A stretch of 64,000 bases of DNA from Acidobacteriota bacterium (GTDB lineage: Bacteria > Acidobacteriota > Vicinamibacteria > Fen-336), in assembly GCA_022340545.1 (NCBI GenBank), contig JAJDNV010000090.1, positions 801 to 64,800 on the forward strand, in the 5' to 3' direction. Below the pieces are notes generated by a model. That model saw nothing but the letters and a program-made list of their open reading frames with translations. It was not told the origin of the DNA and made no database searches. Shown piece after piece: positions 18,206 through 27,400 of this stretch. The stretch's first letter is position 1, and each line of letters starts with the position of its first letter. The translations under genes and the position numbers were made by a program.

Positions 18206-18395
18206 TCACCCGCGTGTCCCTTCCCGTGAGGACACGCGGGTGTCCGAGGCCTGTCTCAAGGCTTTTCCTGGCCTGTCGGAGGCGACGCTGGCGCGTCGCG
18301 GCGTCCACTCGGGGTCGACGCTCGTCTCGCAAGCTCGACTTCGCGTCCCCTGAGCCCCCTCCGTGGGGAGGGATAGGGTGGGGGGTCGGTGAATG
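18206..18395 (+). repeat. Structured intergenic repeat, long form, copy 1 of 4
   Basis: Shares with the copies at 39278 and 48805 a 5' hairpin module (cccgcgtgtccc..ggacacgcggg), GCCTnTCTCAAG, an internal ~120-bp hairpin-rich module (GCGACGCtggcGCGTCGC etc.), and a 3' core CCCTCCGTGGGGAGGGATAGGGTGGGGGGTC. Confidence 0.8.
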
Positions 18396-18726
18396 ATGAC
18401 GAGACCCACGCGTCCACGATGGAGCCGGCCCACAAGGCGACGATGGCGAGGGTGATCCACAGGAAGAATTCGGCGTTGTCGCGATGAATCTCGCGGGCCA
18501 GGCGGAAGGGGAGAAGGGGATCGATCTGGGCCGGATCAGTGGGCAGCCGGGCGAGCGTCTCCGCGGCGACCCGGCGAATGAGGGCCACAACCGCGACCAG
18601 GCTTCCGGTGGCGAAGGCGAGGCCGCGAACGGGGTGGCCGCTCATCAGCTGGCCGAGCCCCGGGAACACGAGACCCGACAGCAGCACGGACCGCCACGGG
18701 CGGCGGGGATTCGGGCGGGGCTCCAC
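18256..18726 (-). CDS. Small membrane protein (FPGLGQLMSG motif) whose C-terminal ~45 aa are encoded by repeat copy 1
   Basis: Candidate GTG at 18726 or ATG at 18645. The TM-rich core is ...WRSVLLSGLVFPGLGQLMSGHPVRGLAFATGSLVAVVALI...FFLWITLAIVALWAGSIV. The tail FTDPPPYPSPRRGLRGREVELARRAS... is the same peptide produced by reverse translation of repeat copy 3. Confidence 0.45.
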   Translation of the reverse strand: MEPRPNPRRPWRSVLLSGLVFPGLGQLMSGHPVRGLAFATGSLVAVVALIRRVAAETLARLPTDPAQIDPLLPFRLAREIHRDNAEFFLWITLAIVALWAGSIVDAWVSSSFTDPPPYPSPRRGLRGREVELARRASTPSGRRDAPASPPTGQEKP

Positions 18727-18810
18727 CGGGCTCACCGCCACGCCTCGTCCTTCCGTGCCGTGATATCCCGCACTCGCTCCCGCGTGCTCCGGACCGTATG
18801 ATGCGCTTCC

Positions 18811-19689
18811 GTGTCCACGGGGACTATAGACCGCGCGTCCCGGCCGTACCAGGACGTCCCACCGGCGGAGGCGGAGAGGCTGCTGGCTGGAGGGGCGGTG
18901 GCGCTCGACGTGCGGTCGGCGCGGGAGCACGAGGAGGCCGGGCACATCCCCGGCTCCCTCCTCCTGCCGCTGGCGTTTCTGGCTTCCGCTCCCGCCGTTC
19001 TTCCTGACGGCGGGCGGCCGGTGGTGTTGTGCTGCTCGGACGGGGTCCGCTCGCATCGTGCGGCTCGGCGTCTGGCCGAGGCCGGCGTCGAGAATCTCTT
19101 CGTCATCACCGGGGGAATGGAGGGGTGGACCGGACCGGTCGAGACCGGTCCGTCACCGATCTCCGGTCCCTCTTCGTGGCTGGTCGCCAATACGTCGCTC
19201 GTCCCTCCCGGTGCGCGGACGCTCGACGTGGCCTGCGGGCGAGGACGCCACGCCCTTCTGCTCGCCAGCGCCGGCTACATGGTGCGGGCGGTCGACCGGG
19301 ACGCGGCCCGCGTGGAGCAGCTCGCCGCCCTCGCCCGCCGGCTCCGTCTCCCGCTGGACGCCGAGGTCGTGGACCTCGAGAAGGGAGACGTCGATCTCGG
19401 AGACGGAGAGTGGGGGCTGGTGCTCGTCTTCCGCTACCTTCATCGACCGCTCTTTCCGGCGCTCGTCCGGGCGCTGCGCCCCGGGGGAGTCCTTCTCTGT
19501 GAGACGTTCACGAGGGGGCAGGAGCCGCAGCGGTCTCCGTCGAACCCCGTGTTCCTCCTCGAGCCGGGTGAACTGCCGGAGCTGGTGGCGCCCCTCGAGG
19601 TGGTCCGACAGCGGGAAGGGGAGTACGACGGGCGACGTGTGGCCGCGGTGGCTGCTCGCAAGCCGGCCCATCTTCCGCCCCGTCCCTGA
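18811..19689 (+). CDS. Rhodanese-domain / class I SAM-dependent methyltransferase fusion protein
   Basis: N-terminal rhodanese fold with catalytic-Cys loop (VVLCCSDGVRSHRAAR). C-terminal half LDVACGRGRHALLLASAGYMVRAVDRD is a glycine-rich SAM-binding motif I, followed by a TehB-like MTase fold. Confidence 0.7.
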   Translation: MSTGTIDRASRPYQDVPPAEAERLLAGGAVALDVRSAREHEEAGHIPGSLLLPLAFLASAPAVLPDGGRPVVLCCSDGVRSHRAARRLAEAGVENLFVITGGMEGWTGPVETGPSPISGPSSWLVANTSLVPPGARTLDVACGRGRHALLLASAGYMVRAVDRDAARVEQLAALARRLRLPLDAEVVDLEKGDVDLGDGEWGLVLVFRYLHRPLFPALVRALRPGGVLLCETFTRGQEPQRSPSNPVFLLEPGELPELVAPLEVVRQREGEYDGRRVAAVAARKPAHLPPRP

Positions 19690-19699
19690 CCGCCGAGCC

Positions 19700-20914
19700 T
19701 CAGCCGGTGTCGGCGACACGCCCGCGCGCCGCGCGCACGCCGTCGCGCAGCAGCTCGCCGAGCCAGGCGGCAGACACCACGAGCGTCACACCGACCCCCA
19801 GGACCCAGAGCCGCCCCGCCCCGACTGCGGCCGGCCCTTCCAGGGGCTGGGGCAGGAGGACGCCCGGCGCGAGGAAGAGATAGAAGCCGACGAGTCCCGC
19901 GGTGGCCCCCGCCGCGTGCGCGGCAAGCATCCGGCCCGGCCACAGCACGCCGAACGGCACGACCCAGAGGAGATACTGGGCGCTGAGCGAGCCGTAGAGA
20001 ACGTGGAAGGCCAGAAACGTGACGAGGCAGGCCCGCGCCGGGGAAAGGGCGAGCCAACCTCGGCGCGTCGCGACGGCGAGCCCGACCCAGGACACGAGGA
20101 AGAGCATCCTCGAAACGACCGAGGCAACGGGCCAGAAGCGGGCCTCGCTTCGCGCCAGATCGCCGCTCCCGAGCCAGGAGAGGCCCCGCACGAGCCCGGT
20201 CCAGCCGAAGTCGGCGATCCCGGCGTAGGCGAACAGCTCGCGCCGAAGAGCGGTGAGATCCGCGATCGCGAATGGCAAGAGGACGAGGGCCACCGGGGTC
20301 AGGGCGAGAAACGCGTAGCGCAAGGCCCGTCGCCAGGACGCTTCTCCCGCGAAGGCGAGGAACGGGAGGACCAGCACCGGGAAGGACTTCGTCCCGATCG
20401 CGGCGGCCAGCGACAACGCGGAGAGGTCGCGCCGTCCGCGGGCGAGGGCGGCGAGCGCGAGCAGGACCAGCAGGAGGGCAATCGCGTCGAACTGTCCGTG
20501 GGCGCCGGTGATGAGCACGCTCACCGGGTGGGCGGCGTAGATCCAGGCCGCCGCCGGCGGGGCGCGTCCGGCGCGTCCGGCCACGACGAGCGCGGCCACG
20601 ATGAGCAGATCGGCGAGCAGGGCCGGCAGCTTGACGTTGACGGGGAAGGTGCCCACGCCGCGCCGGGATAGCCACTCCGCCCCCGCCTCGGCAAGGGACC
20701 AGAGGGGCGGGTACGGATACAGGCGAGTCGTCTCGTACGGGTTCCAGGAGACGTCGAGTAGGTGGCGGCCCACGCGCTGGTACCGCTCGACATCGGCCAC
20801 GACGCGGTCCAGGACGAGGACCGGGGCCAGACGAAGCGCGAGGGCCAGCAGAACGGGGCCGGCGAGCGCCCGGCTCAACGGCGCGCCCTCGCTTTCGCGC
20901 GGCGTCCCCTCAAC
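19700..20914 (-). CDS. Polytopic membrane protein, putative GT-C-type glycosyltransferase (DUF2029/GT87-like)
   Basis: About 400 aa with more than 10 TM helices and the YPYPPLWSL motif in the first loop. Start is uncertain: TTG at 20879 overlaps the CHAT stop, and GTG at 20914 is the alternative. The N-terminal 130 aa of the track ORF are low-complexity and antisense to the CHAT gene. Confidence 0.5.
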   Translation of the reverse strand, partial: VEGTPRESEGAPLSRALAGPVLLALALRLAPVLVLDRVVADVERYQRVGRHLLDVSWNPYETTRLYPYPPLWSLAEAGAEWLSRRGVGTFPVNVKLPALLADLLIVAALVVAGRAGRAPPAAAWIYAAHPVSVLITGAHGQFDAIALLLVLLALAALARGRRDLSALSLAAAIGTKSFPVLVLPFLAFAGEASWRRALRYAFLALTPVALVLLPFAIADLTALRRELFAYAGIADFGWTGLVRGLSWLGSGDLARSEARFWPVASVVSRMLFLVSWVGLAVATRRGWLALSPARACLVTFLAFHVLYGSLSAQYLLWVVPFGVLWPGRMLAAHAAGATAGLVGFYLFLAPGVLLPQPLEGPAAVGAGRLWVLGVGVTLVVSAAWLGELLRDGVRAARGRVADTG

Positions 20915-22086
20915 GGCGGCCGCAGCGTCGCACCCGGGTCGCGGGCGAAGAGCACCGGCACCGCCCAGTCGAGGGCCGCGGTGCCCATCGAGTGCGCGAG
21001 GGCCACCCGGGCCTCGCGGGCGGCATCCCCCAACCCGCGTCCGAGGGCGAGGGCGGCGTAGAGCTCGCGCGCGAACGTGGTGGCCGCGGTGTCGAGGACC
21101 GCGTATTGGTTGGCCACCACCGCCGGGACCCCGGCCGCGACGAGGGCGGGGGCCATCCCCCGGTTGAAATCCACGCGCCCCCCTCGTCCGCTCTCGCAGG
21201 CGTTGAGGAAGACGAGGTCGGTGCCTCGTCGCCCGACGATCTGCCGAAAGGCCGCTGCGTCCACCGCCCTGGGTCGTCCCCTCCCATCCTCGAGGAAGAG
21301 GCATCCCTCGCGGGCGTCATCGTCGTAACTCCCGTGTCCGATGTAGTGAAGCACGTCGACCGCCTGGTCGCTCAGACGGCGGTGGAGGGCCTCGGGGGTC
21401 GCCCGGGCCACCACGCTGACCGAGGCGAGCCCGGCGTCGACGAGCGGCCGGAAACCCCGCCGCACGAGCGCGGCCTCCTCCCGGGCCGCGACCGGGGCCG
21501 CCCCCTCCGGCTCGGCGGTGGCGACGAGGATCCGAAGCCGCTCGCGTCGTCGGGAGCGGACCTCGGCGGGGACGGCGGTGAAGACGTTGCGCACGAAGTT
21601 GACGTCCGACGTGGCGAGGTGCGACCGGCGCACTGGATCGTAGGCGAGCTCCCACGGCTTGTCCGCCACCCAGTCGATCATCGAGGTGAACACGAGGTCG
21701 AGAACGCCGTCCGGCTGGAGCGAGCGGGCGACGTCGTAGAGCCGGCGGACGTCCCCGGGGAAGAGGAGCTCGAACAGGTCCCGCCCCCACGCGCGCAGCT
21801 CGCGCCCGCGGGGGAGCGTCCGGCCCCGCCCCCGGCCCTCGAGCACGGCGAGCGTCCGCTCATGCGCGCGGATGATCCTCTGCCACCTCGCCCCGGCCTC
21901 GCCACCCCGACGCGGGAACGGCGCGACGGCCCGAGCGTTGCGGAACGAAGCGAGGAGTGTCGCACTCTCGGCGGCCGGGTCGGAGGAGAGGACGAAGAGC
22001 TCGAGAACGTCGCCAGGCCCGGCGTCGGACGGGGGACGGGCGGAGGGTCGGGAGCGAGGAGACGAGGCGGCGCGGCGCGTGCTCAT
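20875..22086 (-). CDS. CHAT domain (caspase-like Cys protease) protein with an uncharacterised ~190 aa N-terminal region
   Basis: The C-terminal half has the His-Cys dyad context VLHYIGHGSYDDDAREGCLFLEDG and DLVFLNACESGRG, typical of the CHAT/caspase fold. Confidence 0.75.
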   Translation of the reverse strand: MSTRRAASSPRSRPSARPPSDAGPGDVLELFVLSSDPAAESATLLASFRNARAVAPFPRRGGEAGARWQRIIRAHERTLAVLEGRGRGRTLPRGRELRAWGRDLFELLFPGDVRRLYDVARSLQPDGVLDLVFTSMIDWVADKPWELAYDPVRRSHLATSDVNFVRNVFTAVPAEVRSRRRERLRILVATAEPEGAAPVAAREEAALVRRGFRPLVDAGLASVSVVARATPEALHRRLSDQAVDVLHYIGHGSYDDDAREGCLFLEDGRGRPRAVDAAAFRQIVGRRGTDLVFLNACESGRGGRVDFNRGMAPALVAAGVPAVVANQYAVLDTAATTFARELYAALALGRGLGDAAREARVALAHSMGTAALDWAVPVLFARDPGATLRPPLRGRRAKARARR

Positions 22087-22107
22087 GGCCCGATCTTCAC
22101 CGCACCA

Positions 22108-22124
22108 GGGTCCCCGGGGGGACC
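22108..22124 (-). terminator. GC hairpin (GGGTCCCCGGGGGGACC) just downstream of the DUF349 gene; possible terminator separating it from the CHAT operon
   Basis: 6-bp stem with a 4-nt loop, seen directly. No U-tract follows, but that is common in GC-rich genomes. Confidence 0.3.
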
Positions 22125-22144
22125 GCCCGCAAGCCCCAGGCGCC

Positions 22145-24838
22145 TCAGCCGCGCTTCCGGGACGGGCGTCGCGCCCCCGATCGGGTCCGCTCCGGTCGCG
22201 GCCTCAGCTCGAAGAACCTCTGGCAGGCACGGTTGAAGCGCTCGGCGAGGCCGCGGCCGTCCGCGCCCGGCATCGGGCCGAGGCGTCGCCATCCGGACTG
22301 CGCCGCCTCGACCTCGCTCGTGGCGGAGTGCCACCGGGCCTCCGCGGCCTCACGCCCGCCGATGGTGTTGGCGGCTAGGGCGTCGCGGAGCCGGGCCGCC
22401 AGCTCCTCGGTGCTGCCGATGGTGGCCGATCCGCCTTCCGGGGCGAGCTCCCCGAGCAGGTTCTCCACCCGGGCGATCAGCTTCTCCGCCTTCCGCCGGC
22501 TCGCCTCGGGGTCGAGCTCCGTGCCGGCGAAAGCCTGGGGATAGAGCTCCACGAGCCGGTCCCGCACCCGGGAAAATCGCTCGGCGAACGGGGTCATCAT
22601 GTCGCGAGGGAGCTCGCCGGCTTGACGCCACGCCGTCTGCGCCGTCTGGACCCGGGCCACCAGATCCTCCGGCGGAGACCCTTCGCTGCCTTCGGGGGGA
22701 AGGAGGGCTTCCAGCTCGGAGCAGATCCCCCCCCGCGTCTCCTGGACGGCCTGCAGGGCGAGGGCGTCGCGGTGCTTGTAGCGATCGAAGAAATGATCGC
22801 AGGCCTTGCGGAAGCGCTTCCACACCGCCTCCGAGCGGCTCTTCTTGACCGACCCGATCTTGCGCCATTCCGCTTGCAGTCCCTTGAGCTCGGAGGCGGT
22901 GGTCTCCCAGTCGGTCGACTCCATCATCGCCTCGGCGCGCTCGCAGAGGGCCTCTTTCTTCTCGAGGTTTGCCGCCCACTCCTTGCCGCGCTTTTCCCGC
23001 TGCTCATGCCAGCGCGTGAAGAAGCGGTCGCAGGGCTGTCGAAAGCGGTCCCAGATTCTGCGCGAGTGGGCTCGCGGCACGGGACCGACCTGCTTCCACT
23101 CGGCCTGCAGGCGGCGCAGCTCGTCCGCGGTCTTCACCCATTCCGTCGAATCGGCGAGAGACTCGGCCTTCTCGCAGAGAGATTCCTTCTTCCGGAGGTT
23201 CTCCTCCAGCTCCTCTGCCTGCTTGGCGAAGAACGCGTCGACCCGGCCCTTGACCACGTCGCGCGCGGCCTTGAACCGCGTCCAGAGCTCCTCGGCGTTT
23301 TCCTTCGGTGCCTCCTTGGCCTGCTTCCAGCGTGCGTCGAGATCCTTCAGCTTGCGTGCGGCCCGGGCCGTGTCCCGCTCTTCGATGAGGGCCTCGGCGC
23401 GCGCGCAGAGGTCCTCCTGCACAGACTCGTTGGCCCAGCGTTTCCACTCTGCATCTTCGCGCAGCTGCTGCAGCACGGGGTAGAGGGCCTTGCGGGCGGC
23501 CTCGAGCCGGGCCAGGGTCTGCTCGCGATCGAGACGCGAGGGAAAGTGTCCGGGGCGGTCGAGGGCGGAGCGGATCTCTCGCGACACGTGGTCGACGTCC
23601 CGCAGGCCGGGGTTCTCCCTGGCGAGCAGCGACTCGGCTCTTTCCACGAGGGTGGTGAGGTGTGCGAGGTTCTCACGATCCCTTCGCTCGCGCTCCTCGC
23701 GGGCGGCACGTTGGCGCCCGTGCATTCGCGCCGCCGCGTCATCGAAGCGGGTGCGGAGGTCCGGCTGGTCCTCCGAAGCCGCGAGCTCGTTCCATCGCTG
23801 CTCCACCTCCCCCCAGGCGGAGCGGTCCTCGCCGTCGGCGAGCGCCTCCGCTTTCGCCACGAGCGCGGCGAGCTCGTCACGGCGGGCGAGGCCGGTCAAG
23901 TAGGCCTGGTGGCGACGCTCGGCGGCGGCGATCGCCGCCTCGAAGCGCGCCGCGGCGCGCGCGGCTTCCTCGCCGGTGTTGGGCTCGAGTGCGTCCCACG
24001 CCGCTCGCGCCTGCTCGAGGGCGGTCGTGATGGCCTCCCCTTCCGCTCCCTCGACCGACTCGCAGAGGCGGGCTCGTGCCTCGAGGGCTACCCCTCGCTC
24101 CTTCGCCTTCTCTTCTTGTTCCGCTCGTGCCCGCTCGTAGACCTCTCGCTCCCTCTCGTTCTGCTCGATGGTGGTGGACGCCGCCGTGGGGCGGTTGGTC
24201 GCCGGCTTCTCCTGGTCGAGCCGGGCCCGCGCCCGGCGGGCGGCGGCGCCGAGTCGCGACTTCTCGGCCACGGTCTCGATCGCGCCGTAATCCTCCAGCC
24301 GGTCCACCGCCGCCACCGCGATCGCCTTCTGGTCGGATTTGAGGGCGAAGGACAGGAGGGTGGGCTCGTCGTCGATTCGGCCCAGGGCCAGAAGCCGGGT
24401 CGCCCCGTCGTCGGCTTCCCGGACGACGCTGGCGAGGGCCCGGGGGTCGTTCAATGCCTCGACCGCGGCCCCGCGCACCGCGGGCAGAACCGCCGAACGC
24501 GCCACTGACGAGAGGTGTCGAGGCTCGCTCAGGGCGGCGAGCGCGGCCCGGGTCTCCTCCTCCTCGGTGGCGTGAACGACCAGGTGCACCAGGCGTGTCG
24601 TGGCCTCCTCGCGGACGCCATCGTCGTCGTCGGTGCGGGCGAGGTCGATGAGGACCTCGGCGTCAGTCAGTTTCTTCGCCGCCGCGCGGCGGACGCGCGG
24701 CTCGTCATCCTCCCGGGCGATGGCGAGCAGGGTCTCGCGCTCGGAAGACGGGAGACGCAGGACGGCCGCGGCCCGGACCGCGGGATCGGGATCCTGCCAC
24801 TCGGGCTTGTTGAGCAGACGGTCGATGATGCCCTTCAC
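22145..24838 (-). CDS. DUF349 repeat protein with N-terminal HEAT/PBS-lyase-like repeats
   Basis: 897 aa. Multiple ~75-aa repeats carry the W..R...F...FF.RW signature (EELWTRFKAARDVVKGRVDAFFAKQ; RIWDRFRQPCDRFFTRW; AVWKRFRKACDHFFDRY), characteristic of DUF349. Confidence 0.75.
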   Translation of the reverse strand: MKGIIDRLLNKPEWQDPDPAVRAAAVLRLPSSERETLLAIAREDDEPRVRRAAAKKLTDAEVLIDLARTDDDDGVREEATTRLVHLVVHATEEEETRAALAALSEPRHLSSVARSAVLPAVRGAAVEALNDPRALASVVREADDGATRLLALGRIDDEPTLLSFALKSDQKAIAVAAVDRLEDYGAIETVAEKSRLGAAARRARARLDQEKPATNRPTAASTTIEQNEREREVYERARAEQEEKAKERGVALEARARLCESVEGAEGEAITTALEQARAAWDALEPNTGEEAARAAARFEAAIAAAERRHQAYLTGLARRDELAALVAKAEALADGEDRSAWGEVEQRWNELAASEDQPDLRTRFDDAAARMHGRQRAAREERERRDRENLAHLTTLVERAESLLARENPGLRDVDHVSREIRSALDRPGHFPSRLDREQTLARLEAARKALYPVLQQLREDAEWKRWANESVQEDLCARAEALIEERDTARAARKLKDLDARWKQAKEAPKENAEELWTRFKAARDVVKGRVDAFFAKQAEELEENLRKKESLCEKAESLADSTEWVKTADELRRLQAEWKQVGPVPRAHSRRIWDRFRQPCDRFFTRWHEQREKRGKEWAANLEKKEALCERAEAMMESTDWETTASELKGLQAEWRKIGSVKKSRSEAVWKRFRKACDHFFDRYKHRDALALQAVQETRGGICSELEALLPPEGSEGSPPEDLVARVQTAQTAWRQAGELPRDMMTPFAERFSRVRDRLVELYPQAFAGTELDPEASRRKAEKLIARVENLLGELAPEGGSATIGSTEELAARLRDALAANTIGGREAAEARWHSATSEVEAAQSGWRRLGPMPGADGRGLAERFNRACQRFFELRPRPERTRSGARRPSRKRG

Positions 24839-24914
24839 GGTCGTCTCCTGGATGCACGGCCCCGAAACCCCGACTATACCCCAACCGGCCAGGAGCCCGT
24901 CGGCGCGGACAGCT

Positions 24915-26186
24915 TCACCGACGGGGGCCCGACGGGTGGCCGTCGAGGGCCTCGATCGTGGCGGTCGAGGCCGGGCGCTCCTGCTGCAGCCGGGCCGCGA
25001 CCGCCTCCGCCTGCTTCATGACGCGGAGGATGTTGCCATTGGCCAGCTTCGCGAGGTCGGCCTCGCTCCAACCCCGCCGGATCAGCTCGGCGAAGAGGTT
25101 CGGGTACGTCGAGACGTCGTCGAGCCCCTCGGGCCATGACTCGTTGCCGTCGAAGTCGCCCCCGAGGCCGACGTGGTCGACCCCGGCCACCCGGCGCACG
25201 TGCTCGACGTGGTCGGCGACCTCGCCGATGGTGACGCGGGGCAGACGGGCCCTGATCTCGCTCCGGATCCGTTCGCGCTCCCTGGGGTCGCGAATGTCCT
25301 TCGTCCGCTCCTCGTACTCGTTCGAGAGGGGCAGGCTCGCTGCGGCGTACTCCGGCGATATGAAGCTGGCCACGAACGTGACCATGACCACGCCCCCGTT
25401 CTCCGGCAGCCGGCGAAGGATGGCGTCGGGCACGTTGCGGTGGTGGTCACACAGCGCGCGCGCCGAAGAGTGCGAGAAGATGACCGGCGCCTCGGCGACC
25501 CGCAGCGCGTCCGCCATCGTATCCGGGGAGGTGTGTGAGAGATCAACCAGCATGCCGAGGCGGTTCATCTCCCGCACCACTTCCTCGCCGAACCGGGTGA
25601 GGCCGCCGTGGCGCGGCTCCTGTCCGGAGGCGTCCGCCCAGTCGAGGGTCGCGCTGTGCGTCAGCGTCATGTAGCCCGCTCCGAGTGAGTGGAAGGCCCG
25701 CAGCGCACCCAGAGAGTTCTCAATGGCGTGACCGCCCTCGATGCCGAGGAGCGACGCCACCCGGCCCGCCTCGATGATGCGCTCGACGTCGGCCGCGCTC
25801 GTGGCCGGGGTGAGGCGCTCGGGGTAACGGGCGATCATCCGCCGGGCGAGGTCGATCTGCTCCAGCTCAAGGCGGGCCGCCCCGGCCCCGGTGGTTGCGG
25901 GCACGTAGACGGACCAGAACTGCCCACCCACGCCACCGGCACGGAGCCGCTCGAGGTCGGTGTCCCCGCTCGTGCGACGGCGGAGGTCGTAGGCCTCCAC
26001 GTCCCCGGGGGCACCCGTGCTCTCGCGGATGGCCCACGGGAGGTCGTTGTGCCCGTCGACGACGGGATGTCGGGCCACCAGCTTCCGGGCCTGGACGAGT
26101 GCGGCATCCTCCGCGCGGGCCGTGCCGGCCTGAAGGATTCCGAGGAAAGGAAGACACGAGATGGCGGTGACAAGCGTCTTGAACAT
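24915..26186 (-). CDS. Membrane dipeptidase (peptidase family M19, renal dipeptidase-like), secreted
   Basis: VDGHNDLPWAIR motif, an HSxxxDH-type metal ligands pattern and a signal peptide; 423 aa. Confidence 0.85.
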   Translation of the reverse strand: MFKTLVTAISCLPFLGILQAGTARAEDAALVQARKLVARHPVVDGHNDLPWAIRESTGAPGDVEAYDLRRRTSGDTDLERLRAGGVGGQFWSVYVPATTGAGAARLELEQIDLARRMIARYPERLTPATSAADVERIIEAGRVASLLGIEGGHAIENSLGALRAFHSLGAGYMTLTHSATLDWADASGQEPRHGGLTRFGEEVVREMNRLGMLVDLSHTSPDTMADALRVAEAPVIFSHSSARALCDHHRNVPDAILRRLPENGGVVMVTFVASFISPEYAAASLPLSNEYEERTKDIRDPRERERIRSEIRARLPRVTIGEVADHVEHVRRVAGVDHVGLGGDFDGNESWPEGLDDVSTYPNLFAELIRRGWSEADLAKLANGNILRVMKQAEAVAARLQQERPASTATIEALDGHPSGPRR

Positions 26187-26266
26187 CTGAGGACAACCTC
26201 GCAGGACAGCGTATTATGCCCCGTCCATCCAATCGGGTGGACGATGGACCAGCGCTGACGACCGGG

Positions 26267-27388
26267 TCAGGGCGCGGCGGTCGCCGGCTTCGGCATCACG
26301 CCCCGCTCGTCGAGGAGCGAGACGAGGTCCTCGGCCGCCGCACGGTGCTCGCTCGGGCCCCAGTGTCCCCGCCGACGGAGCCGCTGCCCACTCCGCGTAC
26401 GCTCGAGAAAGCTCGGCCGAAGGTTCAGGCAAGTGAGGCCCGAGTCGTGGCAGCTGGCCTCGAAGAAGCGCTCGCCCGGTGAGGGCTCAGGGGCGCCGAT
26501 CTCGTCGAGGATGGGCAGGTAGACGAACATCGCCCGCGCGCCGACCTCCCGGGCCTCGTCGCGGAGGGCCTCGAGCAGCGCCCGGCCGAGGGTGTCCCGG
26601 GCCCTGGCCTCCAGGCCGGTGCGGTCGCGCAGCCGGGCGCGGAGCATCGACAGCAGGTCGACGAACTTCGAACGCCACACCTCGCGGTCGCGGAGCTCCT
26701 CGGGCGTGGGTACCGGGACGTTGCGGAGCACGAGACGACCATCGTCGAGGTCGAAGCGGGGCTTGGCGTAGTCGAAGAAGCCGGTGCGGTTGCGCTCGAG
26801 GTCGATGTGCACGAAGCCCACGAGCACGAGGTCCGGTCGGAGCCACGGGCCTTCTTCCCGGAGCGTCAGCAACATCTGGTCGTGCCCGTACGCGTGGACG
26901 CCCAGATTGACCGGCTCCAGCGCGGGACGAAGGACGCCGAGCTGGTGCACCCACGTCTCCTCGTCGCCGACGCCCTCGCCGAACGTGAAGGAATCGCCAA
27001 GGACGGCGACTCGCACTCGCCCCGGGGGCTTCTCCGCGGGGACCTCATGCTGCCCGCGATAGCCGCGCGCCGTCGAGCTGAGCCTCTTGCCGTCGAAGGC
27101 CGGAACCCCGCTCAGCCCCGGGGCCAGGGTCCAGCCCCGGACGGGGTGGTAGACGTCGAACGGCTGGACGAGCGGCCGTCGCTCCTGCCGCCGAGCCCAG
27201 CGGAGGCGAGACGACGCCTGGTCGACGCCGGCCACGAGGCGAAAGAAGCCCTTGTGGGACAAGGCGGCGCGCGAGGCCAGCTCGAGGAAACCGAACACCG
27301 CGACGAGGTAGACCGCGAGCACCACCAGCCGGCGGACGCGCGACCGTGGCCCGGGCCCGGCCCCATCTTCGGCGGATCGCGGGCGCAA
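26267..27388 (-). CDS. Membrane-anchored SGNH/GDSL-like hydrolase family protein
   Basis: N-terminal TM anchor followed by VAVLGDSFTFGEGV (SGNH block I, catalytic Ser) and a downstream GHDQ-like block. Confidence 0.55.
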   Translation of the reverse strand: MRPRSAEDGAGPGPRSRVRRLVVLAVYLVAVFGFLELASRAALSHKGFFRLVAGVDQASSRLRWARRQERRPLVQPFDVYHPVRGWTLAPGLSGVPAFDGKRLSSTARGYRGQHEVPAEKPPGRVRVAVLGDSFTFGEGVGDEETWVHQLGVLRPALEPVNLGVHAYGHDQMLLTLREEGPWLRPDLVLVGFVHIDLERNRTGFFDYAKPRFDLDDGRLVLRNVPVPTPEELRDREVWRSKFVDLLSMLRARLRDRTGLEARARDTLGRALLEALRDEAREVGARAMFVYLPILDEIGAPEPSPGERFFEASCHDSGLTCLNLRPSFLERTRSGQRLRRRGHWGPSEHRAAAEDLVSLLDERGVMPKPATAAP

Positions 27389-27400
27389 GGAACGGCCCGA

